Source: an uncultured Chloroflexia bacterium (lineage in GTDB: Bacteria > Chloroflexota > Limnocylindria > Limnocylindrales > CSP1-4). From it: a DNA stretch of 64,000 bases. Numbering within the stretch: position 1 is the stretch's first letter; each line of letters begins with the position of its first letter. Position numbers and translations under genes: made by a program. Below are positions 18,887 to 29,896 of the stretch, piece after piece. The stretch is taken from the NCBI GenBank assembly GCA_963748625.1, contig CAVVJT010000007.1:1152001-1216000 (forward strand), written 5' to 3'. The notes beneath the pieces were generated by a model. It ran no database searches. It had not been told where the DNA came from and was given only the letters and a program-made list of their open reading frames with translations.

Positions 18887-19672
18887 CTACTCGCCCAGGA
18901 TCGGCCGGCCGCGGCGCATCGCCAGCTCGTGGTTCGCCCAGAGGCGCAGGCGCGTCATCCAGAAGTCCTTGACCGCCCGCCAGATGACCGACGGCTTGGC
19001 GCCCGTGGGCGAGCCCGCGGTCCGCGCGTAGTGCGGGACGCCGACCTCCGCGATCGTCCGCCCACGCTGCAGGGTCTTGATCAGGAGCTCGGCGGAGAAG
19101 AACGCGCCGCCGGATTCCACGCGCACACCCTCGAGCGCCTCGCGGCGGAACAGCTTGGCGGCACAGTCCACGTCGCGGACCTTGAGGCCGTAGAAGATCC
19201 GGTTCGCCAGCTTGTACGTGCGGGCGTACGCGATGCGGATGAAGGGGTCTGCGCGCTTGATCCGGTAGCCGACGACGACGTCGGGGTGGTCCGCCTCCGC
19301 CAGGCGGGCTGTGAGCCGGGCAAGGTCCGCGATCCTGAACTGCAGGTCGCCGTCGGTGAAGGCCAGCAGCTCGTAGCGCGAGGTCTCGAAGCCGGATCGC
19401 AGGGCGCCCCCGTAGCCTCGGTTCGGGTTGTGGTGGACGACCCGCACGATGTCAGGGTGCGCGGCCGCCAGGCGGTCCGCGATCTCGCCCGTGCGGTCCT
19501 TCGACCCGTCGTTCACCGCGATGATCTCGAACGTCTCCGCGATGGCGGGCAGCGCCTCGAGCGCCTCGGCCACGAGCGCCTCGATGTTGGCCTCCTCGTT
19601 GTGGGCCGGGAAGAAGTAGGACAGCCGGGCGACCCGGGCCGGGGCCGGAGCGTCGGCGGCGGGATCGGTCAT
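18887..19672 (-). CDS. GT2 glycosyltransferase (polyprenol-phosphate sugar synthase, Ppm1/DPM1-like)
   Basis: FPAHNEE, VNDGSKD, NRGYGGAL, FTDGDLQF, RDVDCAAKLFRR. Confidence 0.88.
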   Translation of the reverse strand: MTDPAADAPAPARVARLSYFFPAHNEEANIEALVAEALEALPAIAETFEIIAVNDGSKDRTGEIADRLAAAHPDIVRVVHHNPNRGYGGALRSGFETSRYELLAFTDGDLQFRIADLARLTARLAEADHPDVVVGYRIKRADPFIRIAYARTYKLANRIFYGLKVRDVDCAAKLFRREALEGVRVESGGAFFSAELLIKTLQRGRTIAEVGVPHYARTAGSPTGAKPSVIWRAVKDFWMTRLRLWANHELAMRRGRPILGE

Positions 19673-19774
19673 CGGGTGGTCTCCAGGCGGCCCGTGGGGC
19701 GGGATGGCGTGAGCGCGTTGCGGACAGCTCCGATCGTATGGCGTCCCGCGACGACGTGTGTCGCCACCACCGCC

Positions 19775-21229
19775 CTACCAGCCAAGGATCTGGCCCCAGA
19801 TCACGCCCCAGGCATTGATGAGGATGCCCGCCACCACCAGGATCCACGCGAGGATGCGGGGCCGGCCGTCCACGCGCGCCGCCCCCAGTGCGACCATCGG
19901 CAGCAGGAAGGGGATGAAGTCCAGCGAGAAGCGATAGCCCCACTGGACCCAGCCCTGCGAGAAATGCGCGAGATTGAACAAGGCGATGATCAGGACCGCA
20001 CCCCCGCTGCCGACCGCGAGCCGCGCGAACCCCCGCTGCATGAACGCGAAGACCGCGAGCAGCAGGCCCGGCGCTGAGAGCAGGATGCTGGTCCCGATGT
20101 CGATCGGCATCGCCCACGGGCAGTCGATGTCGAACAGGGAGCGGGTCGCCCCGGGCGCCGTGCACAGGTAGACCGTGTCCCCGAAACCGAGCGTGTTCGG
20201 CTTGATGTCGGGCAGGATGACCGGCAGGGCGCCGAACATGATCGCGATGTTCTGGGGGATGTAGCGCAGGTCCTCCACGGACCAGTCCGGGTTGTAGCCC
20301 AGCGTCCCGTACCCGTTGGCCTCGAGCTGGTACTGGTACTCGTAGCCCGGGTGCATGACCGAGCCGGTGGTGGCGTACGTGTAGAGCAGCAGGGCGGCCA
20401 CCGGGACGAAGCCGCCCACGCCCGCTGAGACGAGGCGCCTGGTCCGCGAGCCGCCACCACCCACGAAGATGAAGAACGGCGCGGCGAAGATCAGCGGCAG
20501 GCGCGCGGTGACGCCCAGGCCCAGCAGGAAGCCGACCAGCACCTGCGAGCGGTCCAGGGGCCAGGCCCGGGCACGAAGGCGCTGCAGCCTCGAGTCGGGG
20601 ACACCGGCCGCTTCCATCCGTTCGGCATCGCGGTCGTCCTCGTCCCATGGATCCTCGTCGGCCGCGAGCGGATCGTGGCGCAGCGCGATGCCCACCGCCA
20701 GGAGCCCCAGGTTCACCGCCACCAGGTGGGCGAGGTACCAGGTGCTGCCCACGGCGCTGGCCCACCACCACACCGTGCCGGTGGCGAAGATGACCGTCGT
20801 CAGCGCCCGGACCGCTGTCCGGATGCGGAGCCCGCCCAGCATCCACCAGGTGGCCACCACGCCGAGGCCGCCCAGGGCGATCGCGACGGCCTCCTGGTCG
20901 GCGGTGAGGCCCCAGATCGCCACGAACGGCAGCAGCACGATCGCGGGCAGCGGAGGGAACGGAAGGAGGGCGCGGCCCGTCTGGTTGCCGTCGGCGTCGA
21001 GCACGGGGAAGACGTCGTTGAAGTAGCTGTTGCCGGGCTGGCCGTCGACGCCTTCGACGGGATACGGGATCCAGCCTCGTCCCTGCAGGAAGGCGTCGGC
21101 CTGCCACACGAAGTGGTTGTAGGAGTTCCAGTGCTCGGGGTTCGAGAGCCAGTAGGCGCCCAGCGCGGCGAGCGCGATAAGCACGCCGATCACCCACGCG
21201 CTGGCGCGCGCGCCGGGCGTGGCGTCCAC
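19775..21229 (-). CDS. Polytopic membrane protein, probable GT-C-fold glycosyltransferase; start 21229 or 21280
   Basis: About 11 TM; early loop YNHFVWQADAFL...PFPPLP; C-terminal GWVQWGYRFSLD. Confidence 0.6.
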   Translation of the reverse strand: MDATPGARASAWVIGVLIALAALGAYWLSNPEHWNSYNHFVWQADAFLQGRGWIPYPVEGVDGQPGNSYFNDVFPVLDADGNQTGRALLPFPPLPAIVLLPFVAIWGLTADQEAVAIALGGLGVVATWWMLGGLRIRTAVRALTTVIFATGTVWWWASAVGSTWYLAHLVAVNLGLLAVGIALRHDPLAADEDPWDEDDRDAERMEAAGVPDSRLQRLRARAWPLDRSQVLVGFLLGLGVTARLPLIFAAPFFIFVGGGGSRTRRLVSAGVGGFVPVAALLLYTYATTGSVMHPGYEYQYQLEANGYGTLGYNPDWSVEDLRYIPQNIAIMFGALPVILPDIKPNTLGFGDTVYLCTAPGATRSLFDIDCPWAMPIDIGTSILLSAPGLLLAVFAFMQRGFARLAVGSGGAVLIIALFNLAHFSQGWVQWGYRFSLDFIPFLLPMVALGAARVDGRPRILAWILVVAGILINAWGVIWGQILGW

Positions 21230-21305
21230 GGAGGAGGTCGGGGCGGGTGAGGGGGACCCCTCGGCTATACTCGGCGGCACCTTCAACGCTGCGTAGGAGG
21301 CTCCC

Positions 21306-24300
21306 GTGACCGCTCTGGGTTCGGGTGTGCCCGACCGGGAGACGATTTCGGACGAAGCCCCCCGGCGAGGCCTCGGCCGTGACATCGTGGCCGTCCTCGC
21401 GATCGGCCTGCTGTTCCGGCTGATTCTGGCATATGGCATCCCGGGCCTGCGAGGCTCCGGGTTCGACACGGACTTGAACCTGTTCCGCTATTGGGCGGAC
21501 ACCCTGGCAACCCATGGTCCGTGGGGCTTCTACGCGAACGCATCGTACGCGGACTACACCCCGGGCTACCTCTACGCCTTGTGGCTCGTCGGGCTCGTCG
21601 GCCAGCTGTTCGGCGGCGTGGGCGACCTCATCAAGATCCCCGCGATCCTCACCGACATCGTGATGGGCTACCTCGTGTGGTCGATGGCGCTGGAGCTGGG
21701 CGTCACCCGCAAGCGCGCGGTGATCGCGGCGGCGATCGTCCTGTTCAATCCCGTGACCTGGTTCGACTCGGTCATCTGGGGCCAGGTGGACAGCTTCGGC
21801 ACGGTGTTCCTGCTGCTGGCGATCCGCGAGCTGTGGCGCGGCCGGAGCGAGCGGTCCGCCGTGTTCGCCGTGATGGCCGCGATCACCAAGCCGCAGCTGG
21901 CGATCCTGATCCCGATCGTGGCGCTGGTGGTGATCCGGCGCTCGCTGTGGCCGAAGGGCGCCTGGGGCGACGAGATCGCACCTCGGATCAGGGGCTTCGC
22001 GTGGGAGCGGAACCTCACCGGCTGGGTGCGCATCCTGACCACCGGCGTGGCCGGCTTCGTGACCGCTGTCCTGCTGGCCCTCCCGTTCGGCCTGACGGTC
22101 CTGGTCCCGACCACCACGGCCCCGTTCCTGGACTCCTCGCTGCTGCGGCTGATCCTGTCCACCGCCGGGGTCTACCCGTACCTCACGGTCAACGCCTACA
22201 ACATCTGGGCACTGTTTCCCGTGGACGGGGTGAGCATGGCCACGGGCGGTGGCTGGCTGTTCGACTCGGCGGCTCCTGATGCGACGGTCTGGGGCCAGAT
22301 CGGACCGCTGGCCGCCGCCACCGTGGGCGCCATCCTGCTGCTGGCGGTCGCGGGGCTGGTGGCCATCGCCGTGGCGCGCCGGCCCGACCGGCTCACGATC
22401 CTGGTTGGCACCTGCGTCATCGCCTTCGCGTTCTTCGCCGTCCCCACCAGGGTCCACGAGCGGTACCTGTTCCCCTTGTTCGGGATGGCCGGAATCCTCA
22501 TCGCCTTCTCCTGGCGCTGGCGGGTGGCGTACCTCGTGGCGTCGATCGCGACGTTCCTGAACATGTACGTGGTCCTGACCACGCTCTACGGCGACATGAA
22601 CCCCAACGTGTCGGACTGGCTGGGCATCGGGGAGTGGATCCGCTCGCCATTCGGCGTGACGGTGGTGGCCGTGCTCCACACGGCGGCGTTCCTGTGGGCG
22701 CTGGCACAGCTGCGGCCGAAGGCCCGTCGGACGCTCGCGGCCGAGCTGGCGACGGGCGGGATCGAGGAGCGGGTGCTCGACGCGGCAGAGGACGCGGCGC
22801 GCGCGCCGGTCCCGCATGCGCTGCCCGAGGGTGTGACGGTGACGGCGGGCTCGACCGTGGCGGGGGTGCCCGTGGCGGGCTCGCCCGTGGCGGCGGCTGC
22901 CCGTGGCAGGCGACCGCCGTGGCGGCAACCGCACCGGGCGCTCGCGCGGCAGGGCGGGCGGAGCCTCCGGCCCTCGTCCCGGCCTGGTACGACCGGCCCT
23001 CCTGGACGGTGCTCGGGCCGATCGCCTGGTTCCGCGCGCGCCTTGGTGAGACGCCGATCCGCCCGGACCGCTCGGCCGAGCTGGACCGGGAGCGGCACGG
23101 CCGGATCGACAGGCTCGACGTGTTCCTCGTCGTGCTCTTCGTGGTGGCCACGCTGCTCCTGCGCGGCTACCGCCTGGCCGAGCCCGCCCGGATGCATTTC
23201 GACGAGGTCTACCACGCCCGGACCGCCACCGAGTTCCTCCAGTTCTGGCGCTACGGGATCTCCCACAACATCTACGAGTGGACCCACCCGCACCTCGCGA
23301 AGTACGTGATGGCGGGCGGCATCGCCGCCTTCTCCGGTCACGACGTGGCGTCCTCGTCCAGCCTGGGGGTCAACGTCCGCGACGCGGTCGTGGAGCCTCG
23401 CCGCGACGATCCCACGGGGTCCGGCGCCCGCTCCGGCGACCGCGTCTGGGTGGCCACTGGATCCCAGCTGGTCGCCTACGACCTCGAGACCCGCGCGCTC
23501 GCCTGGCAGTTCGAGCTGCCGGGCGCCTCGGCGGTGGCGTTCGATGACGCCACACTGGAGCTCATGGTGGGCACCGACGGCGGGTCCGTCCTGACGCTGG
23601 ACACGACGCAGCTCGATGGGGCGACCGGTGACCCGGCCGTGCCGCCTGCGGAGCTGTTCCCTGTTGCCACGCTGGATGCCGCCGTCCACCGCCTGGCGCC
23701 CTTCGCCGACGGCGAGCATGCAGCGGCGCTGATCGCCGGCGACATGGTGGCGGTGGTGGACCTGGGCACGAGCGAGGTGACCGGGTCCACGGTGGTGGAG
23801 GGTGCCGCCGACCTGGTCCCGGTGAGCGGCATCGACGGGATCATCGTGCGCCCGTCCGAGGTCACGGATCCATCGACCGCCGCCGCCGAGCTCGTGGCCG
23901 CGTTGGGTGGCGTGATGGCGGACATTGAGGCGCAGCTCACCCGCACCGACGTCGAGATGCTGGTGCTGGACGCCGTGCTGTCCGACGACGGTCGTACCGC
24001 GCTCCAGGCCGCGATCGAGGAGGGCCGCCTGACCGGCGTGGAGATCGGGCCGGTGGGCACCGTGGCGGTCGCCGGGGCCGAGGGCATCACGATGGTGGCG
24101 GTCTCGGGCGGCATCACCGGCACCGTCGATCTCGACGGGCCGGCCAAGGGTCTCGCGCTGGTGGACGGCGTGGACGATGGGACCCAGCTGTATGCGACCA
24201 CCACCGCGGCCGACGGCACGCCGCAGGTCGCGGTCATCGCCGTGACCGGGGACTCGGCCGCCGACGGTCCCGTCACCACGAGCACGTTCGAACTGCCGGG

Positions 24301-26917
24301 CCCCGGGTCACGCGTGATCTTCGACGCGGCGGCCGAGATGGTCCACGTGCAGGGCGAGGCCCCCGAGGGCGACGGGCTGGTGGTCTACGTCGTGGAGCCG
24401 CACGGCAAGAGCGTCTTCGCCGATCACGACCTGCCCTTCACCCCGACGGCGGTGGCGCTCGACCACAACGCGCAGTTCCCCAGCTCCACGCGCGGTGCCC
24501 TGCTGGCCTTCTCGGCCGATGGCCAGGCCGCGAGCCTGGACATCGCGCAGTACGTGTTCGCCTGGCGCGTGCCCGGCGTCATCTTCGGGGCGCTCACCGC
24601 GGCGGTGATCTACCTGCTCACCCGGGTGCTCTTCCGGCGCCGCGACGTGGCCCTCCTCGCCGGGCTGTTCGTGCTCGTGGACGGGATGTTCTTCGTCCAG
24701 AGCCGCATCGCCATGAACGACGTCTACACGGGCTTCTTCATCCTGGCCGCGTACCTGGGCTTCGCCTGGCTCTACGTCACCCCAGAGCGGCCACGCTGGG
24801 CCTTCTGGGCCGTGCTGCCGGCGATCGGTGTGATGCTGGGCCTGGCGTTGGCCTCGAAGTGGGTGGCGGCATACGCGATCGGTGCGCTGGGGATCCTGTA
24901 CCTGATGCGGTCCGCGCTGGGCCGGCTGATCCTGATCGCCGGGATGGTGGCCGTCACCGCGGTCCTGGGCTGGATGGCGCTCGCCGTGCCCGAGGGGACC
25001 GACGGCGCCGGCAACCTGCCCTTCGTGCTGATCATGATCGGCCTGACCCTGGCCACGGTGGCGCTCACCGTCTACCGGCCGGTCGCCTGGTCCGACGACG
25101 AGGCGCGCTTCGCGTTCGTGGGACCCGCGGCCGTCGGCATCCTGGTCGCCCTGACCTCCATCGCGCTCGGCAAGGCCGACAGCTCGTTCGCGATCGGCCC
25201 ATTTGCGCTCACGCCACTGCTGCTGGGCTTCGGCCTGGTGGTGCTGGGGCTCGTGGCCTACGGGGCATTTGCGCTAGCCGCGCGGTTCGGCGTCGGTCCG
25301 TTCGCGCCGAACCACGACCGGCCCGGAGGGCCACCACCCGCCACCCCCGCGCCCGAGGGCTGGCTGCGCATGGGCTGGGGCCTGGGCTTTCCCGTGGTCT
25401 GGCTCGCAGCCTCGCTGCTGGTGCTGCCGATCGTCGTCTACGTGGCCCTCTACCTCCCGTGGGCGTTCATCGACAACCACCAGCTCGTCGAGGGCTGGCC
25501 CGTTGGCCACACCGGCCAGACGCTGGTCGAGCTGACCGGCGAGATGTACCGCTACCACAACAACCTCACCGCAGCGCACGCCGCCTCCTCGCCGTGGTGG
25601 GCGTGGCCGGCGAACCTCAAGCCGGTCTGGTTCTACCAGGGCAGCTTCGCGGGTGGCACGGCGGCCGCGATCTACGACGCGGGCAGCATCGTCCTGTGGT
25701 GGATGAGCATCCCTGCGATGGTCTTCGTGGCGTTCCAGGCGTACCGGCGCCGCAGCGTCGCGCTGGCGCTGATCGTGGTGGCGTTCCTGGCCCAGTGGGT
25801 GTCGTGGGCACGGATCGACCGGGCCGCGTTCCAGTACCACTACTACACGAGCCTGCCGTTCGTGATGATGGCCCTCGCCTACTTCGTGGCCGAGGTCTGG
25901 CACGGGGCATCACGCCGCACGTGGCTGCTGGCCCGGGTGGCCGCGGCAACGTCGCGTTGATGGGGCCGGTGATCATGTGGGTGCTGCGCTACCCGCTGTG
26001 CTCCATCGCCGGCGTGGAGTCGGTCAATGCGGGCTCCCAGGCCTGCAACGGGAACCCGGGCAACCTGGTGGTGACGCCGGCAACGGCCGGCCTCGTGGTG
26101 GTCATCGCGGTCACGCGTGATCGTGATGGTCAAGCTGCTCTACGACCTCGGGCGGCCGCGGGTGGGTGATCGTGCCCTGTCCGCGCGGGACCTGGCGCCG
26201 CTGCTGCTGACCGCGGCGATCGGCGTGGTGGCGCTGCTCATCTCGCGGGCGCTGCCGGATGAGGAGCCGCTGTTCTCCTTCAACGGCGTGATCCCGGAGG
26301 TCATCGCGCTGATCGCGGCCATCCCGCTTGGGCTGGTGGCCATCCAGGTCGCGACGGCACGCGATGCACGGCGGTTCGTGGCGGGCCTCGTGGCGACCGC
26401 GGTGATCTGGTTCGCGGTGCTCTACCCGAACATCTCGGCCCTGCCGCTGCCGTCCGCGGTGGTCAACGCCTACCAGGGCCTGCTGCCGACCTACCTGTAC
26501 GCCTTCCAGTTCAACGTGAACACGATCGACCGGAGCGGCGCGATCTCGTTCGCGGATCCGCGGTTCGCGATCCTGCTGGTCGTGCTGGTGGTGGCGGCCG
26601 CGGTGGTGGCCTACTCGGCGTGGGCGTGGCGCCAGGCGCTGGCCGAGCCGGTTGACGATGGCCCAGGCGAGGACGGGCCCGTAACAGGCGACGGCGCGGG
26701 CGGCGGTGCGGGCGGCGAGCGCGATGGCGGGCCCGTGGGCGAGGCCCGGAGCGGCGTAGGGCCGAGGGCGTCGCCCTCGCTGGCGTGGGTGCGGGTTGGC
26801 TCCAGGCTCAACGGCAGCGGCAGCGGCTGGCCGACGCGCGGCGACGGCGGCACCGGTGCGTGGAAGTGCGGCGGCAGCTGGCCAGCCGCCGCAAGCCTCC
26901 GGATGACGAAGCCGTAG
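21306..26917 (+). CDS. Giant GT-C fusion: GT87/ALG6-like domain plus PMT/ArnT-like domain with inserted propeller-like region; three apparent frameshifts, 3' end uncertain (about 26760-26917)
   Basis: ADYTPGYLY, DSVIWGQVDS, RVHERYLFP (domain 1); HFDEVYHAR, EWTHPHLAK, QSRIAMND, ASKW, HAASSPWWAWP, FQYHY (PMT-like); joins at about 22900, 25950 and 26115; AGGAGG RBS and TATACT -10. Confidence 0.8.
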
Positions 26918-28006
26918 TAGTCGTCCACCTTGGCGGTCACGCGCGGCCAGGAGAACTCCTCGGCGCGCACGATGCCGTTCTGCCGCATCCGCTCCGCCAT
27001 CGCCTTGTCGCGCAGCAGCGTGCCGATCGCCTCGGCGATCGCGTCGCTGTCCTTCGGCGGGACCAGCAGCGCCTCGCGGCCGCGCCGGACGACGCCCTTG
27101 TAGCCGTGGATGTCGGACGCCACGATCGGGCGCTCCGGCTGCCATCGCCTCGAGCAGCACGATGCCGAACGACTCGCGTCCCGTGGCGGGGGTCACGTAG
27201 ACGTCGCAGGTGCGGAAGAGCTGGTTGCGCTCGTCATCCGACACGCGGCCCAGGAAGTGCACGCCCTGGAGGCGGCGGGTGGCGACGTAGCGACGCGCCT
27301 CGCGCTCCTGGGGGCCGCCGCCCACGAGCAGGAGGCGCGACGTCCTCGCACGCCCGACTTGCGCAGGGTGCCGATACCCCTTGAGCAGGTCCAGCACGCC
27401 CTTGCGGGGCTCGAAGCGGCCGACGAACAGGATGTTCCGTGTTCCGTCCTGCCAGCGGGTCAACGGCACGGCGCGCTGGAACCGGGTGGGGTCCACGCCG
27501 TTGGGGATGACCTTGTAGTCACCGGGGAAGTAGCGGTCGATGAAATGGCGGGCCGCCGCGCTCACCGCGATGCGGCCGTGCAGGCGCTCCGCGTAGCGGC
27601 GCATCGCCCATTTGCCGAACTCGTACGCCGGTGACCAGCCGCCATACGCATGGAACGTGCCGATGTTGACCGACTGGCTCTCCTGGAGCACGACGAGCGA
27701 GAGGAACGGCACGAAGGGCTCGTGGAAGTGGAGGACGTCGAAGCGCTCCTCATCGAGGAGGGCACGGGCCTGGGAGATGTAGCGCGGCGACAGGGTGATC
27801 GTCCCGACCGAGCCGTTGGCCGGCATCGAGAAGCCCTTGCCGAGCCGGATGACGTCGCCCTCGGATGAGCGCTGGAGGCCGTGCGACGACGAGATGATCC
27901 GGACGTCGTGGCCGCGGAGGCGCAGGTTCTCGTAGAGGAACCGGACGTGCTGGGTCACCCCGCCGGGGAGCGGGTAGACGTACGGGGAGACCAGCCCGAT
28001 CTTCAC
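26611..28006 (-). CDS. pimA: Phosphatidylinositol alpha-mannosyltransferase PimA-like (GT4); frameshift at about 27130, 3' end uncertain
   Basis: KIGLVSPYVYPLPGGVTQHV, FDVLHFHEP, GRIAVS, IPNGVD, GRFEPRKG, ESFGIVLLEAMAAG, ASDIHGY parallel mycobacterial PimA motifs. Confidence 0.85.
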
Positions 28007-28865
28007 CCGGCCGACTCGTCGTGCAGGCGCTCGTCGTGCAGGCGGCGGGCCAGGTCGCGGTCGAACACGGCCGGGCGCTGCATGCCCCCGGGATAGCCGA
28101 GATCCCGGCCGGTGCTGTCGCGCCGGACGAACCCGGTCGCCGTGGCCCGCCAGCCCCGGGCGTACTTCGCCAACTGCCCGCCGTAGACCCCGAGCTGCTC
28201 GAACGACCCGTGGAAGCCGCCGTGGCTGGTCGTGGTGCCAGCGGTGATGGCGGCCCGCACATCGTCCGGGCGTGCGCCCCGGGAACGTCGTCCAGCACGC
28301 TGCCGATCGCAGCGAGCGCGTGCGCGTCGCTGTTGCCGACGGCGGGCAGGCCCACCTCATCGGCGAACCGGACAACCGCATCGTGGCGGTACTTGCCCAG
28401 CGCCGTGGGATTCCAGGTCTCGAGCGCGTCGGGGTGCACGGAAGGATTGTCGTCGTTCAGGAGGCGCCGGATCGCGCTTCCCTGCGCGCACATGGGGAAC
28501 GGCACGAGCGGGTGGGCGGGGATGGCGAGGCCACCCTGGTCGTGGATGGCCTCGATCGACCAGCGCAGGCTCTTCATGGACGGGACCGGCCGCTCCAGGA
28601 AGAGGGCGAGCAGGTGTCCGCCACGGGTGCTGACCTCCTCGCCCACGATCACCTGGACCCGCAGGCCCTGGTCCTGCGCCATCTGGCGGGCGGCCAGGCC
28701 GGAGTCCACCCGCTCGTGGTCGGCGATCGCGATCACGTCCAGGACACCCTCGGCCTCCACGTGGTCGAGCACGGCCTGGACCGGCGCCGTCCCGTCCGAA
28801 GCCCAGGTGTGGATGTGCAGGTCGGCGCGGCCCCGGCGGACGGTCGGGTCGAGGTGCTCGCTCAC
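28003..28865 (-). CDS. PHP-family metal-dependent phosphoesterase; frameshift at about 28285
   Basis: DLHIHTWASDG, IADHE, GEEVST.GGHLL, PAHP, GNSDAH. Confidence 0.88.
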
Positions 28866-29896
28866 TCGGCCTCCCGCCTGGAACCGGCCTCATCGCTGGG
28901 GCCGGCCTCGCCCGCGGAACCCACGACCAGGTCGGGCCAGATCGGGTGGAAGGCACCCCACCACTGCTCGGGCGCATCGGCGAGGATCGTCTCGAACTCC
29001 TCGGTGATCCTCCGCGTCAGCTCCATGACGCGCTCCCGGCGCGTCCCCTCGACCGGGGTGGGCACCAGCCAGAGCTTGCCGCCGTACCGGCCGTGCTTGA
29101 GGCGTCGCGCGCTGCCGACGTAGACCGGCGCACCCCCTTCGATGGCGAGCAGGGCGGGCGCCGGCGACATGGGGGCGTCGTGGCCGAAGAACGGCATCGG
29201 CATGCCCGTCCCCGTGAGATCACGATCGCCGACCATGCCGATCGACCGGCCCTCCTTGAGCGCACGGATCAGGGGACGGCGGGCGTCCTTGAGCGGGATG
29301 ACGTTCACGCCCACCCGACTGCGGCTCTCGACGAACCACCGCTGGAGCGCCGGGTCGGCGACGGTCTCCATGGGCGCCGTCACGTGGTGTCCGAGCTGCT
29401 GGGAGATGTACACGACCGGCATCTCGATGGCCCCGAAGTGCATTCCGATGATCACGATCGGCCGCCCGGACTGGAGCGCCTCGCGGACGTCGTCGGGCGT
29501 CTCCACGTCCATCCTCGCGAGGCTGGAGGCTGCGTCGTACGCGCCAGTTCGCGCCACCTCGAGGTAGTAGCGGGTCGCATGACGGAAGCAGGCCCTGACC
29601 AGCCGCTCGAGCGCCTCGGGGTCCGTGGCAGCGCGCCGGGCGCGGGCAGGTCCCCGCCCCTGGGCGGCGAGGCCCTCGCACACGCGCCGCAGGTTGGCAC
29701 GCGCCTGGGCAGCCTTGTCCGGCGCGATGCGGTACCAGAGCTCGCCGACGGACTCGGCCGCCGCCACCAGCGGCGCCTCCGGGAGTGCTGCGAGCACGCG
29801 GGCGCCGCCCAACAGGAGCATCGCGCGGAACGAGCGCCCGGGTGCGCGGCCCGCGAGCGGTGAACCCGTCCCGTCAGAGCCCGCCGCGACGCTCAC
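28862..29896 (-). CDS. PatA/LpxL-family acyltransferase (paralog 2)
   Basis: HFGAIE (HxxxxE), GDRDLTGTGMPMPFFG, APEQWW; GTGA overlap with the upstream gene. Confidence 0.85.
   Translation of the reverse strand: MSVAAGSDGTGSPLAGRAPGRSFRAMLLLGGARVLAALPEAPLVAAAESVGELWYRIAPDKAAQARANLRRVCEGLAAQGRGPARARRAATDPEALERLVRACFRHATRYYLEVARTGAYDAASSLARMDVETPDDVREALQSGRPIVIIGMHFGAIEMPVVYISQQLGHHVTAPMETVADPALQRWFVESRSRVGVNVIPLKDARRPLIRALKEGRSIGMVGDRDLTGTGMPMPFFGHDAPMSPAPALLAIEGGAPVYVGSARRLKHGRYGGKLWLVPTPVEGTRRERVMELTRRITEEFETILADAPEQWWGAFHPIWPDLVVGSAGEAGPSDEAGSRREAE

Noticed and set aside
19452-22934. Long antisense or alternate-frame ORFs (for example 19452-22934, 44852-47383, 42339-44393, 5074-6921)
   Set aside because: They shadow well-supported genes, are Arg/Gly/Pro-rich without motifs, and reflect stop-codon scarcity in high-GC DNA.
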